NCBI RefSeq assembly: GCF_000143415.4
Contig: NW_003314368.1
Span: 454,792-518,791 of the forward strand
Direction of reading: 5' to 3'
DNA length: 64,000 bases
Source: Selaginella moellendorffii
Taxonomy: Eukaryota; Plantae; Lycopodiophyta
Shown here: positions 61,501-64,000 of the stretch, in pieces
Position numbering within the stretch: the first letter of the stretch is position 1
Layout: every line of letters begins with the position of its first letter
Translations under genes and position numbers: made by a program
The notes under the pieces: model-generated
Database searches by the model: none
Told to the model about the DNA's origin: nothing
Seen by the model: the letters and a program-made list of their open reading frames with translations, nothing else

Positions 61501-62726
61501 AGTAGTCCAATACCACTAGCATCACAGTCCTGTCTCTCCAAAACTGGGTCATCCATCCACGAGTGGTCATCCCAGATCCACTCCTTAGCATCCTTAGGAT
61601 GCCTATAGATATGAGGAATAGCCTTCCCCAATATCCCTTTGTCAGTTCCTACCAAGTCCCTTTTCTATCCATAGCCATGTTCGCCGACACTGCCACTCGA
61701 TCAAGGCCCGCAGGCCTAGCAACTAAGTCCTATTGTCCTTTGGGACTTCCTCACCATGTGATGTATCCTTAGTCACTACACTAGAGGACTGCTCTTCCTC
61801 CTTTCCCTAGTTTGGGACTTTGGGACAACATTTCGGAACACCGTGGCCCTACGCAAGCCCCATAGGTACTCTCCCCACCTTCTGCATTTAGGTGCTCTAG
61901 CCATGGGCTTAGAGTGAGGTTCTATTGAGCCACACCAGGTATCCAAGTAGGTAGTGCCACCCACACTTGGACTGAGAGCATCGACCATTCGATCTCCCAG
62001 GGGAATTAGAGCCGGCTCTTGAACATTTCACCAAGCTACCCCGCTTGTTGGTCCGTATTCACTCTAACCTTGGACCTCCCAGTGGTTATCACATCACCTA
62101 ACACCTGGGTACAGCCTTCTTGGGCCAAACTGGCCTTTTCTGGCCAAATTGGCTCCACTAGAGTCCTCCCCCTTACTATACTTTTGGAGCTCACCAAACC
62201 CCCTAGGGTCTGGGAGATGAATGCTTTGGGCTTTCACCCTCTCAGACTCGAACTCGGACTCGGACTTGGACTCGGACTTGGACTCGGACACGGACTCAGA
62301 CTTGGGCTTGGGCTTGGGCTCGGTCTCAGCCTCAGCCTTGGTCTTGGTCTCGGTCTTGGTCCCTGTCTCGACTTCGGACTCCATCTTGGGTCCTTCTCGG
62401 ACTCCATCTCGGATTCCATCTCGGGTCTATCTCAGACTCCATCTCAGACTCCATCTCGGTCCATCTCGGACTCCATATTGGGTCCATCTCGGACTCCATC
62501 TTGGGTCCATCTCGGGTCCTTTCGTGTGCTTTTTCTAAAGACTTTTTTATTGCTCACTTCATGCTCGTTCCTTGAGCACTTCGTTGGGAGTTCCACTCCT
62601 GCTCTTGACCTTTCAAGTCGAAGCCTTTTAGTCCAAACGTGTTATGCTCGTTTGGCTTTCGCTTTGGCCACTACCATGTGGCACCCTTTCGGCTCCACTT
62701 TGGGGCTTAGGGATTTGTGTCTCACA
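55537..62726 (-). mobile_element. full-structure LTR retrotransposon (Gypsy-like), internally decayed
   Basis: LTRs 55537-57136 and 61243-62726 (tgtaag...ctcaca); Met PBS tggtatcatagc (rc of 61228-61239); purine-rich PPT next to 57137; TSD ttcgc/ctcgc; protease-like YLIDGG near 60390. Confidence 0.93.
56478..56930. repeat. 6-mer (gactcg) and 12-mer (gactccatctcg) tandem arrays inside the LTR; shorter version at ~62245-62520
   Basis: Seen directly in both LTRs. Confidence 0.9.
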
Positions 62727-63821
62727 CTCGCGCTTTGTAAAGTCTAGATATGTGCAAGAAGGAAATTCATGAATGGCAATTATGTACTCTCCACTTTTTG
62801 TTTTGACTATGTACTCCTTTGCAAGCGTAGTGATGTACTTTGTGAAGAGAATCTCACACTCAAGTGTTTGAGCCAAGTTTATTTTGCCCTGCTTCTGCTT
62901 GGAGACGGTATTAATAAATTTAACTGCCTTACTTTTTTGTGTTGGCCTCATGTGCATCTCTGTAGGAATAATTCTGGTTTTGTCACTCATGTCTCCAACT
63001 CTCCTCTCAAGATTGAAACCAGATTTCTCAAGGTTTTCAATCTCATTTGAGGTGAGCACGATCTCATTAGCAACTGGCCATTCTTTAGGTACTGCATCAG
63101 GTTTAGTCACTATAGTGTCTTCAAGCCGCTTCATATGGTTGGCGTCGGTGTTGCAACAATATAGCCAGCACCATCTCGAAAATCTTACTTGCTTTCGTTC
63201 CCTATAGAAATATGGGGCTGGAACAGAAGCAGATTTGTCATCACGAATCCAGGCCCAACCCTTGCCCCTCGGAAGCATCCCCACACACCTTACATTCAAT
63301 TTTGCTAGCACACGTCGGATTGCCCATTGCTTCGGCTCTATGCTACGGTAAGCAATTTCAACCTGTTGCGATGCACTCTCTTCATCAGCCACTTGAGGTG
63401 GCTTGGTCCGAGAGTGGTGTCTTGGAGCAGAATGGTACTCGACATCAAGTCTGTGAGAGATTTTCGCTCCAAGATTTGTATCATCTTCCCTAGCAAAGGA
63501 AAAATGACGTTTTGAGCAGACCGTCTTCATATCACCAATAGAAGCTCGAGGAGTGTACTCCATAGATGTGCCATAGACCACTTCCTCAACTGCAGTTGCC
63601 ACTATTCGAGTGGATGGAGTTAATTTTCTCTTCATCCTATCATGTAACATCTCAATAAAAGGCTTTGTTCTCACGTATCTTCCTTCCTCGAATACCAGTG
63701 CCTTTGAAGATTGCTCTATAACATGTATCAAATCTGATAGATAGACTTTGTATAGACTTATCTTCCCTTTCCCTGCCTCAGAGGAATGCCAACTCCAGTG
63801 CTTACTTTCAGAGAGATTCAT
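62727..63821 (-). pseudogene. SWIM zinc-finger protein gene, 5' part (interrupted by LTR insertion)
   Basis: Long ORF ending YIIAIHEFPSCTYLDFTKRE at the insertion; joined with 55536 it gives CxY..CKH (SWIM CxC..CxH with a C-to-Y change). True start not established. Confidence 0.75.
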
Positions 63822-64000
63822 AGTTGGGGTGTATGCGAGGTCCTCAAGTGGTTGATCCTAATGGAAAAGGCAATATTAAGAGATAATAAAATGAGAAGAA
63901 AAAATAGAAACCAACTTGAAAAGAGTGCTGTCCCTACTGGAACATCCTAACTTCCCACCACCCTAACTATGACTCAAGTTGTGGTAGGCAACTTATGTTT

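Overview
Eukaryotic nuclear DNA from a compact land-plant genome. Introns of ~50-65 nt, intergenic spacers under 140 bp, PLS-class PPRs and a flagellar DRC4/GAS8 gene suggest a lycophyte such as Selaginella (inference). 1-19 kb is gene-dense: mitochondrial-type KAS, GAS8/DRC4, NUP93, a DUF3527 protein, a group-A bZIP, UTP6 and two germin-like genes. 19-47 kb is a nested, mirror-like rearrangement zone with five disrupted copies of a divergent double-AP2 (euAP2-like) gene, arranged as three minus-strand then two plus-strand copies. Two of them form a near-perfect inverted repeat with ~1.7-kb arms. The leftmost copy is split inside one intron by an ~18-kb nest. That nest is a chromovirus-type Gypsy element whose RNase H frame is interrupted by a 13.6-kb gene-carrying block (PPR pseudogenes, an intact P450, fragments of a PfkB kinase and TFIIA). 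Its 3' LTR holds a 686-bp foldback element with TG..CA ends and a 5-bp TSD. 47-64 kb holds transposon relics, a scrambled CSI1-like pseudogene, a TRIM, and a full-structure LTR element inserted in a SWIM zinc-finger gene. All family assignments come from motif recognition by eye; no database searches were run.
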